From positions 1,856,001-1,920,000 of the forward strand of contig OY759316.1 in NCBI GenBank assembly GCA_963662275.1: a stretch of 64,000 nt of DNA. Reading direction: 5' to 3'. This DNA comes from Candidatus Cloacimonadales bacterium (GTDB lineage: Bacteria > Cloacimonadota > Cloacimonadia > Cloacimonadales > DAONDQ01). Below the pieces are notes generated by a model. It was not told the origin of the DNA. It searched no databases and was given only the letters and a program-made list of their open reading frames with translations. Of the stretch, positions 37,955-48,726 are shown one piece after another (the stretch's first letter is position 1; every line of letters begins with the position of its first letter). The position numbers were made by a program, and so were the translations under genes.

Positions 37955-40234
37955 ATGAAACGGGTTTGGTTTTTATTTGCCATTTTTTTATTGTTGTTTA
38001 CGTCCTGTCAGAAACAAAGCAATGTAACTAAGATTCATCTCTGGCATCAGATGGAGCCAGCCAAACGTCCTGTTCTTGCTGCTTTGATATCGGAGTTTGA
38101 AAAGCAGAATCCTGATATCAAGATCATCACACTTGCTAAAGGTACTGAAGAAGTACGTACAGGTTACCAGGCTGCTTCTGCGTTTACGGGTGGTGGTCCT
38201 GAATTGGTGTATGGTCCTATGGATCAGGTCGGTCCTTTTGAAGCAATGAAGATGAAGAACAGTGATAAGTCAATTATTATGCCATTAGAAAATGTCTTTC
38301 CCAAGGAATTCTTCGATCGCTTCAATGATATGGCTGTTGTCCACTATCATGGGCATATATACCAAATAGGGGATAGGCTAGGCAATCACCTTTCTATGGC
38401 TTACAATCAAAAACTCTTCAAGGAAGCCGGATTGCCCGGTCCGCCACAAACTGTCAACCAACTGATCGAATATGGGCAAAAGCTGACCAAAGATACAGAT
38501 GGTGATGGAAAACCTGATCAGTACGGTTTAGTTTGGAATTATACTGAACCTTTCTGGGTAATACCTTTCTACGGTGGCTATGGAGGTAAGGTCTTCGATG
38601 CAAACAATAAACCTACCATAGATAATCCTGCCGCAGTAAAAACTTATCAGTTAATTCTCGATATGAAGAACAAATACAAAATTATGCCTTCCGAATGTGA
38701 TTATGACATTGCAGATAATATGTTCAACCAGGGAAGAGCTGCAATGATCATCAATGGTGACTGGTCATGGCAGAAATACATTGATTCTCCTGATGTTGAA
38801 TTTGGACTAACTAAGATACCGAAAATTGATGAAACAGACAAATGGAGTGCACCTTTTGTCTCTTCCACAGGTTATTCCATCAATAGCAGTGTGACGGGTG
38901 CAAGATTAGAAGCCACAAAACGCGTACTTGAATTCTTATTATCAGAGGAAGCGCAGCGTCGATTCACAAAAGAGCATAAATCAATTCCAAGCTTATTAAG
39001 CTTGCAGAACGATCCTACAATTAAGAATGACCCAATCCTTAAGATTTCAGCAGAACAGATAGCTGTTGGTGAACCGATGCCTATCATTCCTGAAATGAGA
39101 GCTGTTTGGGATGCCATGCGTCCTTCCCTGCAAAGCGTAATTGCCGGTTCCCTGACTCCGCAGGAAGCATCTGTTGCACAGCAGAAACTTGCTGTGGAAA
39201 AAATCAAATCTATGTTTGATACAGGTACAAAGAATGAAAAGAGTGGTGGTATCATTGTCAGAGTTCTTTACATTCTAGGATTGCTTGCAGTACTCTATGT
39301 AACATATTTAGTTATTTATAAATTTATCCTTGTTCTCCTGAGAAATCCGCAGAAAAAGGAAACAAGGGAAGCACGTTTTGCTGTATGGATGGCTTTGCCG
39401 GCAACGCTGATTATGTTCGGTGTCGTTATTTATCCTTTCATTTATAATATCATCATTTCCTTCTCAAATATGAGCATGACGACTGTCAATTCCTGGCAAG
39501 TCATTGGTTTTGGACAATATCTGAAGGTGTTTAGTGAAACTATCTTCTATGCTATCTTTACTAAAACAGTAATTTGGACAGTTGTGAACGTGACAATGCA
39601 TGTGATCATCGGTGTATTCCTGGCATTACTGCTGAACCGTGCATTACCATTCAAATCGATTTTCAGAGTCTTATTAATATTACCCTGGGCAGTTCCTCAA
39701 TATATTACAGCACTTACCTGGAGAGGAATGTTCAATGCAGATACCGGGCAGATCAACCAGATACTGAATGCCATCGGAATGCAATCGATCAATTGGTTAT
39801 CTGAACCCACATCCGCCTTCATTGCTTGTATCATCACAAATATTTGGCTGGGATTTCCCTTCATGATGATCATAGCCTTGGGAGGTCTGCAATCCATACC
39901 GGATGAATTATATGAAGCTTCCGAGATGGATGGTGCCTCGAAATGGAAACAGTTCTGGAATGTGACTGTACCATTATTGAAACCTGTCATGATTCCTGCG
40001 ATTACCCTAGGAATTGTTTGGACATTCAATAATCTCAATGTCATGTGGTTAGTAACAAACGGTGGCGAGCCTGCCGATCATTCACATATACTTGTTTCTT
40101 ATGTCTATCGGGCAGCATTCAACTTGTACGAATACGGCTATGCGGCAGCATTTTCCATGATCATCTTCCTGATCCTGGCAGTGTTTAGCATCAGCTTCAT
40201 GAACCGTACCCAAGCAACGGAAAATGTGAGGTAA
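37955..40234 (+). CDS. Fused sugar ABC solute-binding protein and permease (MalE-MalF-like)
   Basis: Lipobox-like LLLFTSC; SBP motifs (AAMIINGDWS); C-terminal TM helices with EAA loop ELYEASEMDGA. Confidence 0.85.
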   Translation: MKRVWFLFAIFLLLFTSCQKQSNVTKIHLWHQMEPAKRPVLAALISEFEKQNPDIKIITLAKGTEEVRTGYQAASAFTGGGPELVYGPMDQVGPFEAMKMKNSDKSIIMPLENVFPKEFFDRFNDMAVVHYHGHIYQIGDRLGNHLSMAYNQKLFKEAGLPGPPQTVNQLIEYGQKLTKDTDGDGKPDQYGLVWNYTEPFWVIPFYGGYGGKVFDANNKPTIDNPAAVKTYQLILDMKNKYKIMPSECDYDIADNMFNQGRAAMIINGDWSWQKYIDSPDVEFGLTKIPKIDETDKWSAPFVSSTGYSINSSVTGARLEATKRVLEFLLSEEAQRRFTKEHKSIPSLLSLQNDPTIKNDPILKISAEQIAVGEPMPIIPEMRAVWDAMRPSLQSVIAGSLTPQEASVAQQKLAVEKIKSMFDTGTKNEKSGGIIVRVLYILGLLAVLYVTYLVIYKFILVLLRNPQKKETREARFAVWMALPATLIMFGVVIYPFIYNIIISFSNMSMTTVNSWQVIGFGQYLKVFSETIFYAIFTKTVIWTVVNVTMHVIIGVFLALLLNRALPFKSIFRVLLILPWAVPQYITALTWRGMFNADTGQINQILNAIGMQSINWLSEPTSAFIACIITNIWLGFPFMMIIALGGLQSIPDELYEASEMDGASKWKQFWNVTVPLLKPVMIPAITLGIVWTFNNLNVMWLVTNGGEPADHSHILVSYVYRAAFNLYEYGYAAAFSMIIFLILAVFSISFMNRTQATENVR

Positions 40235-41073
40235 TGATGAGAACCACTACGACAAAAACTCAGTATTTTTTCATTTACCTGTTTTTAACAGTATTTGTGA
40301 TTATCTCGATTTATCCAATTCTGACAGTATTTACAGTTTCACTTCGACCTGGTGATAACTTGCTGGATAAGTCTTTACGTATTATTCCAATACATGCAAC
40401 TTTCGAGAACTACACACGTTTATTCACGGAGAAACCTTTTCTGCTGTGGATACGCAATAGTATGTACATCACATTGGCGGTAACAATCATTGGAGTCGTT
40501 CTAGCATCCATATCAGGCTATGCTTTTTCCAGGTACAAATTTCCAGGGAAACGGGCAGGATTGATGAGTTTACTGATTACCCAGATGTTTCCTGCCACCA
40601 TGCTGTTACTTCCGTTATTCATTATGCTATCCAAACTGCACCTGATAAACAGTTTCATGGGTTTGATCATTATGTACAGTGCTACTGCCCTGCCATTCAG
40701 TATATGGCTGATGAAAGGATATTATGATACGATACCGTTCAGTTTGGAAGAGTCTGCCATTGTAGACGGTGCCGGATTGTTCGGTTCCTTCTATAAAATC
40801 ATCTTGCCTCTTGCCGCACCAGCTTTGGTGATTACGGCTCTGTTTTCCTTCATGTCTGCTTGGAATGAATATGTTGTCGCTGCCCAAACGATCTGGTATG
40901 AAGATATGTTCACCATACCCCTCGGGTTAAAAAGCTTGCAGGGTAACATGACCACGGAATGGGGCATGTATGCCGCAGCTTCCCTAATAATAACAATTCC
41001 TGTAGTTGTTCTGTTCCTTTCGCTTAGCAAGTGGCTTGTTTCTGGTCTAACTCTTGGCAGCGTAAAAGGATAA
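40234..41073 (+). CDS. Sugar ABC transporter permease (MalG-like)
   Basis: TM helices; EAA loop SLEESAIVDGA; C-terminal GLTLGSVKG. Confidence 0.9.
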   Translation: MMRTTTTKTQYFFIYLFLTVFVIISIYPILTVFTVSLRPGDNLLDKSLRIIPIHATFENYTRLFTEKPFLLWIRNSMYITLAVTIIGVVLASISGYAFSRYKFPGKRAGLMSLLITQMFPATMLLLPLFIMLSKLHLINSFMGLIIMYSATALPFSIWLMKGYYDTIPFSLEESAIVDGAGLFGSFYKIILPLAAPALVITALFSFMSAWNEYVVAAQTIWYEDMFTIPLGLKSLQGNMTTEWGMYAAASLIITIPVVVLFLSLSKWLVSGLTLGSVKG

Positions 41074-41155
41074 GGTTGCTATTTAAAAATTGTGAATTAA
41101 GTAAATCCGACTTAATATATAATGAAAAGCATTGAATGTAAAAAGGAGTTCAAAA

Positions 41156-42727
41156 ATGAAAATGACACGTTTATTATTGGTTTTTTGTTTACTTTTCGTG
41201 ATCAGTTATGCATTCGCCATCCCTAAATTGGTTGGCACATTTGCCCAGGCAGGGCATTCTGATTGGGATACGGCTGATACCACATTGACCATGACTGCCC
41301 TTATGGACACTACCTTGTATTCCATCACACTCAATCTTCCAGTTGGAACTTATCTGTATAAGGTCGTAGATGGATCAACTTGGAATGATCCAAATTATCC
41401 ATCTGAGAATCAAACTATTGAAATTACCGAACCTAGAAATGTAACCTGGTTTTGTAATAATGTCGCTCGGTTAGTGATGCACACTGATCCAATCGTTGCC
41501 GGTAGTTTTTTTTCCTTAATTGGAGGAACAGACTGGGATCCAACGAATGGATTGGGAGCAATGGCTTTTCAGTCACAAGCGACTATGATTTATACTTGGG
41601 AAGGTTTGATTCCAGCAGGAACATTTGCATTCAAGGTGACTTTGAATCATAACTGGATTCAGAATCCAACAACAAACGACATCGGTTTTGTTTCTGATGG
41701 TACAACACCAACCTTGATCACATATAATTTCTATACGAATGTTGTGACAACAAGTGCAGGCGCACCACCATCAGCTACGATCACGTTTACAGTTAATGAT
41801 ACAGCAGGTCAAACACATACAGCCTTCTATTTGAAAGGTTCATGGAATGTGAATGGAAATTATGATCCTACATGGGGACAAGGAATGGAACATATTGTCC
41901 TGACGGATGATGGTTTGAATGGCGATGTAACAGCAGGTGATCATATCTTTACTGCGGTTCAGAGTTTAGTGACTGATGCTGGTGCTAGTACCTGGTCTTG
42001 GGGTGTTAATGATGAAACTCATACATGGGTGAATGTTACTTACCAGACTTTCAATCTTCCTACAGCAGATCCTCAGGCATTTGGAATTGTCTTATTGGGT
42101 GGATTAATCCAACCTGTGTCAGTACTATTTCAACTAAATGTAGCTGGTGGAGATCCAGCAATTTATGCACATGGATTAAGTGTACAAGGAGATGTTCTTC
42201 CATTGGATTGGACAAATGGAAGTCACATGTTAGGACTTATTGATAACATCTATACAATGGATGTAATATTTCCGGTAGGTTCACCACGATACGTTCAATA
42301 CAAATTTGGTGCATTTGATTCTCTGGATACTTGGACTTGGGAGTCTTTTGGTGGAAATCACTTTTTTATCATCAATGATTCTTCCGGCACTCAAATCCTA
42401 CCAGTCGTTGATTTCTTCCCTGTAGCTAATAATGATCATACGGCGAATGCATCTTCACTCAAATTATCGAATAGCCCAAATCCATTTATTGGCAATACTA
42501 CGATTTCCTATGAAACCAGCAAGAGCGGACGAACAGCGATCGATATCTATAATCTAAAAGGTCAATTGGTTCGTACACTTGTTTCTGGACAAATGGAAAA
42601 GGGAAATCATATAGCCAAATGGGATTCCCGGGACAAGGATGGAAGACAGGTAGCGAGTGGAGTATATGTCTACAGATTAAGGAACAATGGACAAATAATC
42701 GGTAAAAAAATGGTTTTACTGAAATAA
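41156..42727 (+). CDS. Secreted protein with starch-binding-like modules and FlgD/T9SS-type C-terminal domain
   Basis: AAGGAG RBS before ATG 41156; signal peptide; Trp-containing beta modules; C-terminal NSPNPF...IYNLKGQLVRTL...WDSRD...SGVYVYRL...KKMVLLK. Confidence 0.7.
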   Translation: MKMTRLLLVFCLLFVISYAFAIPKLVGTFAQAGHSDWDTADTTLTMTALMDTTLYSITLNLPVGTYLYKVVDGSTWNDPNYPSENQTIEITEPRNVTWFCNNVARLVMHTDPIVAGSFFSLIGGTDWDPTNGLGAMAFQSQATMIYTWEGLIPAGTFAFKVTLNHNWIQNPTTNDIGFVSDGTTPTLITYNFYTNVVTTSAGAPPSATITFTVNDTAGQTHTAFYLKGSWNVNGNYDPTWGQGMEHIVLTDDGLNGDVTAGDHIFTAVQSLVTDAGASTWSWGVNDETHTWVNVTYQTFNLPTADPQAFGIVLLGGLIQPVSVLFQLNVAGGDPAIYAHGLSVQGDVLPLDWTNGSHMLGLIDNIYTMDVIFPVGSPRYVQYKFGAFDSLDTWTWESFGGNHFFIINDSSGTQILPVVDFFPVANNDHTANASSLKLSNSPNPFIGNTTISYETSKSGRTAIDIYNLKGQLVRTLVSGQMEKGNHIAKWDSRDKDGRQVASGVYVYRLRNNGQIIGKKMVLLK

Positions 42728-42760
42728 ACGATAGAACCTAAATAGTTTATATCATCACAC

Positions 42761-42798
42761 GGCTTGTCTTCCAAGTTGTGAAGACAAGCCATTTTATT
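42761..42798 (+). terminator. Stem-loop, possible intrinsic terminator or mRNA stabiliser inside the operon
   Basis: GGCTTGTCTTC-8 nt-GAAGACAAGCC followed by ATTTTATT. Confidence 0.55.
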
Positions 42799-42813
42799 GT
42801 AGTGGATGGAAAG

Positions 42814-43926
42814 ATGACTAAAAATGTATTAATTTTAGTATTCTCTTGTTTTGTCTCGATGTGTATAGGTATCACGGATTTAGATATTTCACAGCGTATC
42901 AAGGTAGATTCGCTCATGGTGAGTTATTTTACTGAAGATGAAGTACTGATGAAAACAGGAAGCGGAACATTATTGGAATATCCTGATGATTCTTTTTGGG
43001 GGATCAATAATGATGTAAAGCAACTCAAAGTATCCTGGGACAGACAATACTTCTATGTGGAATTAGATGCTGCCTGTTGGGGAAATAATGTTATTCTGTT
43101 TTTCGATATTTATGATGATTATGGTTTTACGAATATGCGAGACCTGAATACCTGGAAGCGAGCATTCCAGTTTTATGGAATGAATCCTGATTTCCTGCTA
43201 GCAACTTGGGATGGTAATACAATACCTCAATTTTGGAAAGTTCGTGAAGGAAGTATCAATACTGCTGACCAAATAACAGTTGAATCATATGCTTCCATGA
43301 ATACTGGAAATCTAGGGAGATTCATGATAGCGAAGATACCTTGGTCAGTTTTATATTATAATACCCAGCGAAAGATGGCTGATTATCCATTGATTAAGAT
43401 GGTTGCAGTCATCACAGGGAAGGATGATAATACTGGCGGACCTGACTGTATGCCGGATAACCTGGGTGGAATGAACAATGAATCAAGTGCCACTGCTTTC
43501 ATCGATAATTATGTATCCGTTAATGTAGATGCTGATAGTTCTGATACTTCTGACATTGGGGTCAATCCTCAGACCATTAGAACCTTCTTTAAACAGCCCC
43601 CTTTCCAATCAGTTGCCTTAAAGTTAAATCAGTTTGCTTTTGATGAGGGAAGAAAGTTGAATTCAGGTAGGGGTCAGATTTTACATTTTAGAGTTATTCC
43701 AAACAGAGCAACTAAGCTCAAAGTTGAAATTTATAATATGAAAGGCGAAATGGTCAATTACGCAGTACTTTCCAGTTCATCCATCATAGGTGCTTTAGAT
43801 CAGAATTGGTATTGGGATGGTAAAGATAAGTCTGGAAAAGCAGTTCCCTTTGGTTTTTATATTCTAAGAGCAATTACGGATAATGGCGAAGTTAGTAAAA
43901 AAGAAACGATAGTTGTTTATCATTAA
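42814..43926 (+). CDS. Exported protein with C-terminal FlgD-like Ig domain
   Basis: Likely start MTKNVLIL; C-terminal IYNMKGE...WYWDGKDKSGKAVPFGFYI. Confidence 0.65.
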   Translation: MTKNVLILVFSCFVSMCIGITDLDISQRIKVDSLMVSYFTEDEVLMKTGSGTLLEYPDDSFWGINNDVKQLKVSWDRQYFYVELDAACWGNNVILFFDIYDDYGFTNMRDLNTWKRAFQFYGMNPDFLLATWDGNTIPQFWKVREGSINTADQITVESYASMNTGNLGRFMIAKIPWSVLYYNTQRKMADYPLIKMVAVITGKDDNTGGPDCMPDNLGGMNNESSATAFIDNYVSVNVDADSSDTSDIGVNPQTIRTFFKQPPFQSVALKLNQFAFDEGRKLNSGRGQILHFRVIPNRATKLKVEIYNMKGEMVNYAVLSSSSIIGALDQNWYWDGKDKSGKAVPFGFYILRAITDNGEVSKKETIVVYH

Positions 43927-43935
43927 AGAGGTTTT

Positions 43936-44796
43936 ATGAATAAATTTATCCTCAATCTAAGTCTTTTTATTCTCTTCATTCCCATGATGTTAAATGCTGA
44001 TTTTACCGGTATGAATTTCGGAGCGAAAGCGATGGCAATGGGAAATGCATATTTAAGTATAGCAGATGAACCTGCAGCAATCTATTGGAATCCTGCGGGA
44101 CTCGCTTTTCAAAACAAATATGTGATGTCTTTGTCTCATGAGAATATTTATTCAATACCAGGATTCTATAACGATTTGGCAGCTATGAATATACCTATTA
44201 AGCCGATTCATTTGGGAGTTGGCTGGTCACAAATGATGTTGTCGGGAGAATATGCAGAACAGGTTGCAGTCTTGGCTGGTGCATATCAATTGAAATTGGG
44301 AGATGTAGATGTTGGAATTGGTATTAGCGCAAAGAACTACTATGCTCACTTACTTAATACATTCACAGGCAGTAATCCTGTTACTGAAATAGGAAAAATC
44401 AAGCTTCCAGGCAAATTCGATACAGATGCTGGTGCTTTGATCAAGTATCAGCAAATAACTGTTGGCGCTTCAGCAAAAAATATCTTTCAGCCTAAATTCA
44501 AATTTGATAGAGTATCTCAACCGGTTTTGGCAACTTATGGTGTTGGTGCCAATTATTCATGGAAAGCAGGTTTGGTTGTTTCCGGAGATTATCAATGGGA
44601 TAAAGATAACTCATCCTGGCATATTGGTTCTGAAATTTGGTTCTATGATGTTTTTGCACCTCGTATCGGTGTCAGCGATACCAATCTAACTGCTGGATTT
44701 GGATTAAAGTCAACCCAATGGATGCTGGACGGTGCAATCTATGCTCACGAATCTTTGGGCAGCACATACCGAATTGAAATTAGTTGGATATTTTAG
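43936..44796 (+). CDS. PorV/FadL-like outer-membrane beta-barrel
   Basis: GAKAMAMGNAY...DEPAAIYWNPAGL motif; terminal Phe. Confidence 0.75.
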   Translation: MNKFILNLSLFILFIPMMLNADFTGMNFGAKAMAMGNAYLSIADEPAAIYWNPAGLAFQNKYVMSLSHENIYSIPGFYNDLAAMNIPIKPIHLGVGWSQMMLSGEYAEQVAVLAGAYQLKLGDVDVGIGISAKNYYAHLLNTFTGSNPVTEIGKIKLPGKFDTDAGALIKYQQITVGASAKNIFQPKFKFDRVSQPVLATYGVGANYSWKAGLVVSGDYQWDKDNSSWHIGSEIWFYDVFAPRIGVSDTNLTAGFGLKSTQWMLDGAIYAHESLGSTYRIEISWIF

Positions 44797-44813
44797 GTAA
44801 GGGGGATCATATT

Positions 44814-46346
44814 ATGAAACTAAATATTCTGATTTTCATCTTGTTGATGACCCTTATACCTCTTGTCGCCCAGGTTAGAGTTGAAGGTAATATGGAAGGT
44901 CAGTTTGGAGCAACACAAACAGCCAATTATTTTAATTGGAATATGTGGGATCCGAATTTCAATATTGAAACGCGCTTCTATGCAAATCCTGCCGCCAACA
45001 CAGAAGCCTATATGAAACTTTATGCAGAAAAGTATGATAAATCCAACACCTTGCTTCAGAATACAGAACTTGTTATGACAGAGGCTCATATCAAGTATCG
45101 TACGGAAGCTAAAAGTAGAGGAATGGGTGTGGCGTTATTTACCAGGGATCAAAGCTTCTACTGGACTGATGGCTCCATGCTCGGGTTATTAAATACAGGC
45201 TCAGTCAATGATGGAGGAAATGGACAAGGAGGAAGACTCGATTTGTGGTATCCGGGAAATGGTAGTCTCACTTACGTGTTTTCCGATTATTCAGGGGGGC
45301 AGAGTGACGATATTCATTTGTTGCGATTCAGGCAGTCTATCGTCAAGGATAAGCTTTTCATGGGTGCATTCTACCAACGGAAAAACTATACAACATCAAC
45401 GAGCAGGTTGAATTATAATGAAATCTATGCCTCTGATATCCGCTGGACGATTGCTAAAAAATACTCTATAGCTGCTGAATTTGCCTGTAGTGCTGTTCCT
45501 TCTGAACCACTTGTAGATGCAGAAGCAATCAATTATCAGGATTCCTTTACCCATGACTTCAGCTTTTCCCATTTTGCATCTTTGAAAGATATTGGGAATG
45601 ATACAAGAAATCTGCTTAAAAGTAACTTTGCTACCCAATTTGAATTTCGTGGATTTAGATTAAGTAATCCTAATTATGGTTCATGGTTCGTTAATCCAGG
45701 AGCTTTTTCTTATGGAAAAGATTACAGAAACTATATGGGTACAAATACAAATGATAAACTAGGGTATTATATCAATACCTACTATATCGTTCCCCAGCGT
45801 GCTGTCACATTAACTATGAATTATAATTATAGCAGCAACCAGGGGAAGAACATTGTTCATGAAACAGAAATGATTATGGATAAGAATACTAGCCTTTATT
45901 CAGAAGCTTATATCGAATTTGTGAATGGATTCAAGGGCAAATTCTCATACAATGTCAAAGATGATTGGTGGAAAGGAACTCATTATGATCATAATGATTT
46001 CTTCAGTGAATTAGGTGTGGAAAACCGAACTGCTAAACTATTACTGCAATTCAAGATTAAGGATTTGAATATCCCTCAGGAAAAACAGATTGTTGGTATT
46101 GAAACTGGAATCAATCTTACCACACATTGGCGTCTCTTTGCCAGGGGAATGATTCTCAACAATCGTGCAGAAGCAAACCACAGCATATTTGGTGAAGTAC
46201 AATACATCCCTGGTAACAGTACAGAATTTTACCTGCAGTATGGTCCCAGTTACTGGGGACAGTATGGTTTGGTTAATGATGACGGATTTACAAACAATGG
46301 CACAATGCAACAAGAAATTAAACTGATCGTCAAGTGCTGGTTTTAA
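44814..46346 (+). CDS. Putative outer-membrane beta-barrel protein
   Basis: Signal peptide MKLNILIFILL; aromatic-rich amphipathic strands; ends in WF. Confidence 0.6.
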   Translation: MKLNILIFILLMTLIPLVAQVRVEGNMEGQFGATQTANYFNWNMWDPNFNIETRFYANPAANTEAYMKLYAEKYDKSNTLLQNTELVMTEAHIKYRTEAKSRGMGVALFTRDQSFYWTDGSMLGLLNTGSVNDGGNGQGGRLDLWYPGNGSLTYVFSDYSGGQSDDIHLLRFRQSIVKDKLFMGAFYQRKNYTTSTSRLNYNEIYASDIRWTIAKKYSIAAEFACSAVPSEPLVDAEAINYQDSFTHDFSFSHFASLKDIGNDTRNLLKSNFATQFEFRGFRLSNPNYGSWFVNPGAFSYGKDYRNYMGTNTNDKLGYYINTYYIVPQRAVTLTMNYNYSSNQGKNIVHETEMIMDKNTSLYSEAYIEFVNGFKGKFSYNVKDDWWKGTHYDHNDFFSELGVENRTAKLLLQFKIKDLNIPQEKQIVGIETGINLTTHWRLFARGMILNNRAEANHSIFGEVQYIPGNSTEFYLQYGPSYWGQYGLVNDDGFTNNGTMQQEIKLIVKCWF

Positions 46347-46362
46347 GGATAAAGGAGAATTC

Positions 46363-48294
46363 ATGCGCACAGTATTTTTTATTATTTTAACTTTAATGAT
46401 TCCCCTGTTGCCCCTTTACGCTGCGATATCTGATAATGCAGGCGGTATCGAATTTTCTTATGATGCTCCCAATGCTGGTTCCATCAGTATTGCAGGATCA
46501 TTAAACGGCTGGAATACAACTGCAAACCCGATGAAGAAGGATACTAATGGCGTTTGGAAGGCAATCATTCCTTTACAAGCCGGGAAATATCAATATAAGT
46601 ATGTAGTTGATGGTACTTGGAACTATGATCAGGATAATAGTGAGACAGCCGATGATGGTTATGGCGGTCAGAATTCTTCCTTTGAAGTAGGTTCAGATGG
46701 TAAGTTGCTAACAAAAGCAAAAGTGGAAGCAGGTGGAATTAAAACCAGCCTGAATCCTAAGATCACTTTTAACGGCAGATATTATACAGAAAACATCTTC
46801 AAAAAGAACACATTTTCTCGTTATACTCTTCAAAAGCCTTTACATGACATTAACCTCATCCCCTCCCTGAAATTCAGCAACAATTTCACCGCCCGATTTG
46901 TCTGGAAGATCAATAACCAGCTCGAAGGTGCTGATATGTATAAAACTCATCTCAAGTATTTAAACAGCGAGATTAATTTACATACTGATGCCTTCGATCT
47001 CTATGCCTTTGATAACACTGGCAGGATTCGTTTTGATGATCCCCTTCATTTCCTTGGTGACGATGGCAAGTATCATTATGACTTTGGTTGGGGATTCCGA
47101 GGAATTGATGTCAAGTCTCCTGATTATAAATGGCATATATTGATACCTTCCATTGAAGGTGTATTTTCCGATGGTACAAGAATCACAGATTTTCATGAAG
47201 GTGATTTGAAAGCAGGAAGAGCCTCGCTGAAATTTGATGTTCCTTTCAGTCCCAAGTTCGGATATTCCGCAATGGATGTAAGAATCCCTGTCGTGAATCG
47301 TGACTATAATAATCATTTAAGTAATGAATTTGACCTTACTTTGACCAAAGACCTGAATAACTGGGGTAATGAAAAACCCTTACGTTTAGAACCTTATGCC
47401 GAATACTACAAATTCATTAACCAAGTCGCAAATGATACATTGAAGGTTCAATGGTTGGAAGGTAACAAGATCTATGGTGGAATGAATGTGTATTTCCCAA
47501 AAGCCTTGAATCTTCATGCTTCCTATGAGCAGGTTGAATTGAAGTTTCCTAAAGTAATTTCACGGAAACAAATTCAAGTCAGTGGAGAATTTGACTTATC
47601 CAACATCTGGCTTCATTGTGGTGTTGAGTACAGACATAACGTTTATCCTGATAGTGCACAAGTACCATGGTCAGATTATTACAGATTCATGGAAAAAACC
47701 AATGGAAATGGCAGATGGTTCCAACAATATACGGATGTTCCCTGGGAAAGATTTACTAACCTGGGATATGAAGAAACCATGCTTTGGAACAGTGATATTG
47801 GGTATCGTTTTTCTTTGAATAAGTATTCTCATTTTATCCAGTTGAAGTCGAAGGCAGCCCAAACGAAGATTACTTCTCAACCGAAATACATTGAGAATAT
47901 CCTTATCGTGGAACTGCAATTGGCTAAATCTTGGTTCATTGGTTCTGATACTAGGGTTCCATATTATAATGACAATTTCCATGGTATTAAAACAGATATC
48001 GGTAAGAAAAGGGATTTCTTCTGGTCTAATTATTCTCAGCTTGAGTATAGAATCGCCCCAAATGTTAAAGTAGCAGTTGGTTGGGGTGTGAATCCCATAG
48101 TACTGAGCAGTGTTACTGACAATGTTGTTAATGCAGGTCGTGAGAATTTCCTTGGTGCATCTTCACTCATCGGAAACGCAGTAGAAACACAAGTTCAAAA
48201 CGCCTATTTCGGAATTGGTTCATATATCCGCAATGCTGAAAAAGCTTTGAAAAATGAACAAAGAATAAATGTCACTGCCACTATGAGTTTTTAG
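46363..48294 (+). CDS. CBM48/AMPK-type glycogen-binding domain fused to putative beta-barrel
   Basis: Signal peptide; IAGSLNGWN...GKYQYKYVVDGTW...DDGYGGQNS; beta-strand-rich remainder ending in F. Confidence 0.7.
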   Translation: MRTVFFIILTLMIPLLPLYAAISDNAGGIEFSYDAPNAGSISIAGSLNGWNTTANPMKKDTNGVWKAIIPLQAGKYQYKYVVDGTWNYDQDNSETADDGYGGQNSSFEVGSDGKLLTKAKVEAGGIKTSLNPKITFNGRYYTENIFKKNTFSRYTLQKPLHDINLIPSLKFSNNFTARFVWKINNQLEGADMYKTHLKYLNSEINLHTDAFDLYAFDNTGRIRFDDPLHFLGDDGKYHYDFGWGFRGIDVKSPDYKWHILIPSIEGVFSDGTRITDFHEGDLKAGRASLKFDVPFSPKFGYSAMDVRIPVVNRDYNNHLSNEFDLTLTKDLNNWGNEKPLRLEPYAEYYKFINQVANDTLKVQWLEGNKIYGGMNVYFPKALNLHASYEQVELKFPKVISRKQIQVSGEFDLSNIWLHCGVEYRHNVYPDSAQVPWSDYYRFMEKTNGNGRWFQQYTDVPWERFTNLGYEETMLWNSDIGYRFSLNKYSHFIQLKSKAAQTKITSQPKYIENILIVELQLAKSWFIGSDTRVPYYNDNFHGIKTDIGKKRDFFWSNYSQLEYRIAPNVKVAVGWGVNPIVLSSVTDNVVNAGRENFLGASSLIGNAVETQVQNAYFGIGSYIRNAEKALKNEQRINVTATMSF

Positions 48295-48303
48295 GAGAAT
48301 GCG

Positions 48304-48705
48304 ATGAAAAGAATAATCATACTATTCATCATGGGATTTCTCCTATTATCAACTGTCTCATGTTCATTGAATTTCATAAAGAGAAGGTTAACGCCTCCCC
48401 ATCCTGTATCTGGTGGAATTATGTTTCAGTACGAAGCACCATCAGCCAGAATTGTCAACCTGGCAGGTGATTTCCCTGATATTCTCTGGGATTCTCAGAA
48501 ACAGCCAATGTTTGACGATGGTACACATGGTGATAAAGTTGCTGGAGATGGTATCTGGACTCTAGTCAAAGAACTGACTCCAGGACGATATACATACAAA
48601 TTCGTTATAGACAGAAACTCCTGGGTTGCAGACCCGAATAATTTTGAAGTAGCAGATGACGGTTATGGTGGGAAAAACTCCGTAATTGTCGTTGTACCAG
48701 AATAA
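48304..48705 (+). CDS. Small (lipo)protein with a CBM48/AMPK-type domain
   Basis: Lipobox-like TVSC; GRYTYKFVID...DP...DDGYGGKNS. Confidence 0.75.
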   Translation: MKRIIILFIMGFLLLSTVSCSLNFIKRRLTPPHPVSGGIMFQYEAPSARIVNLAGDFPDILWDSQKQPMFDDGTHGDKVAGDGIWTLVKELTPGRYTYKFVIDRNSWVADPNNFEVADDGYGGKNSVIVVVPE

Positions 48706-48726
48706 ATAGCTATTATTGAGGTATAT

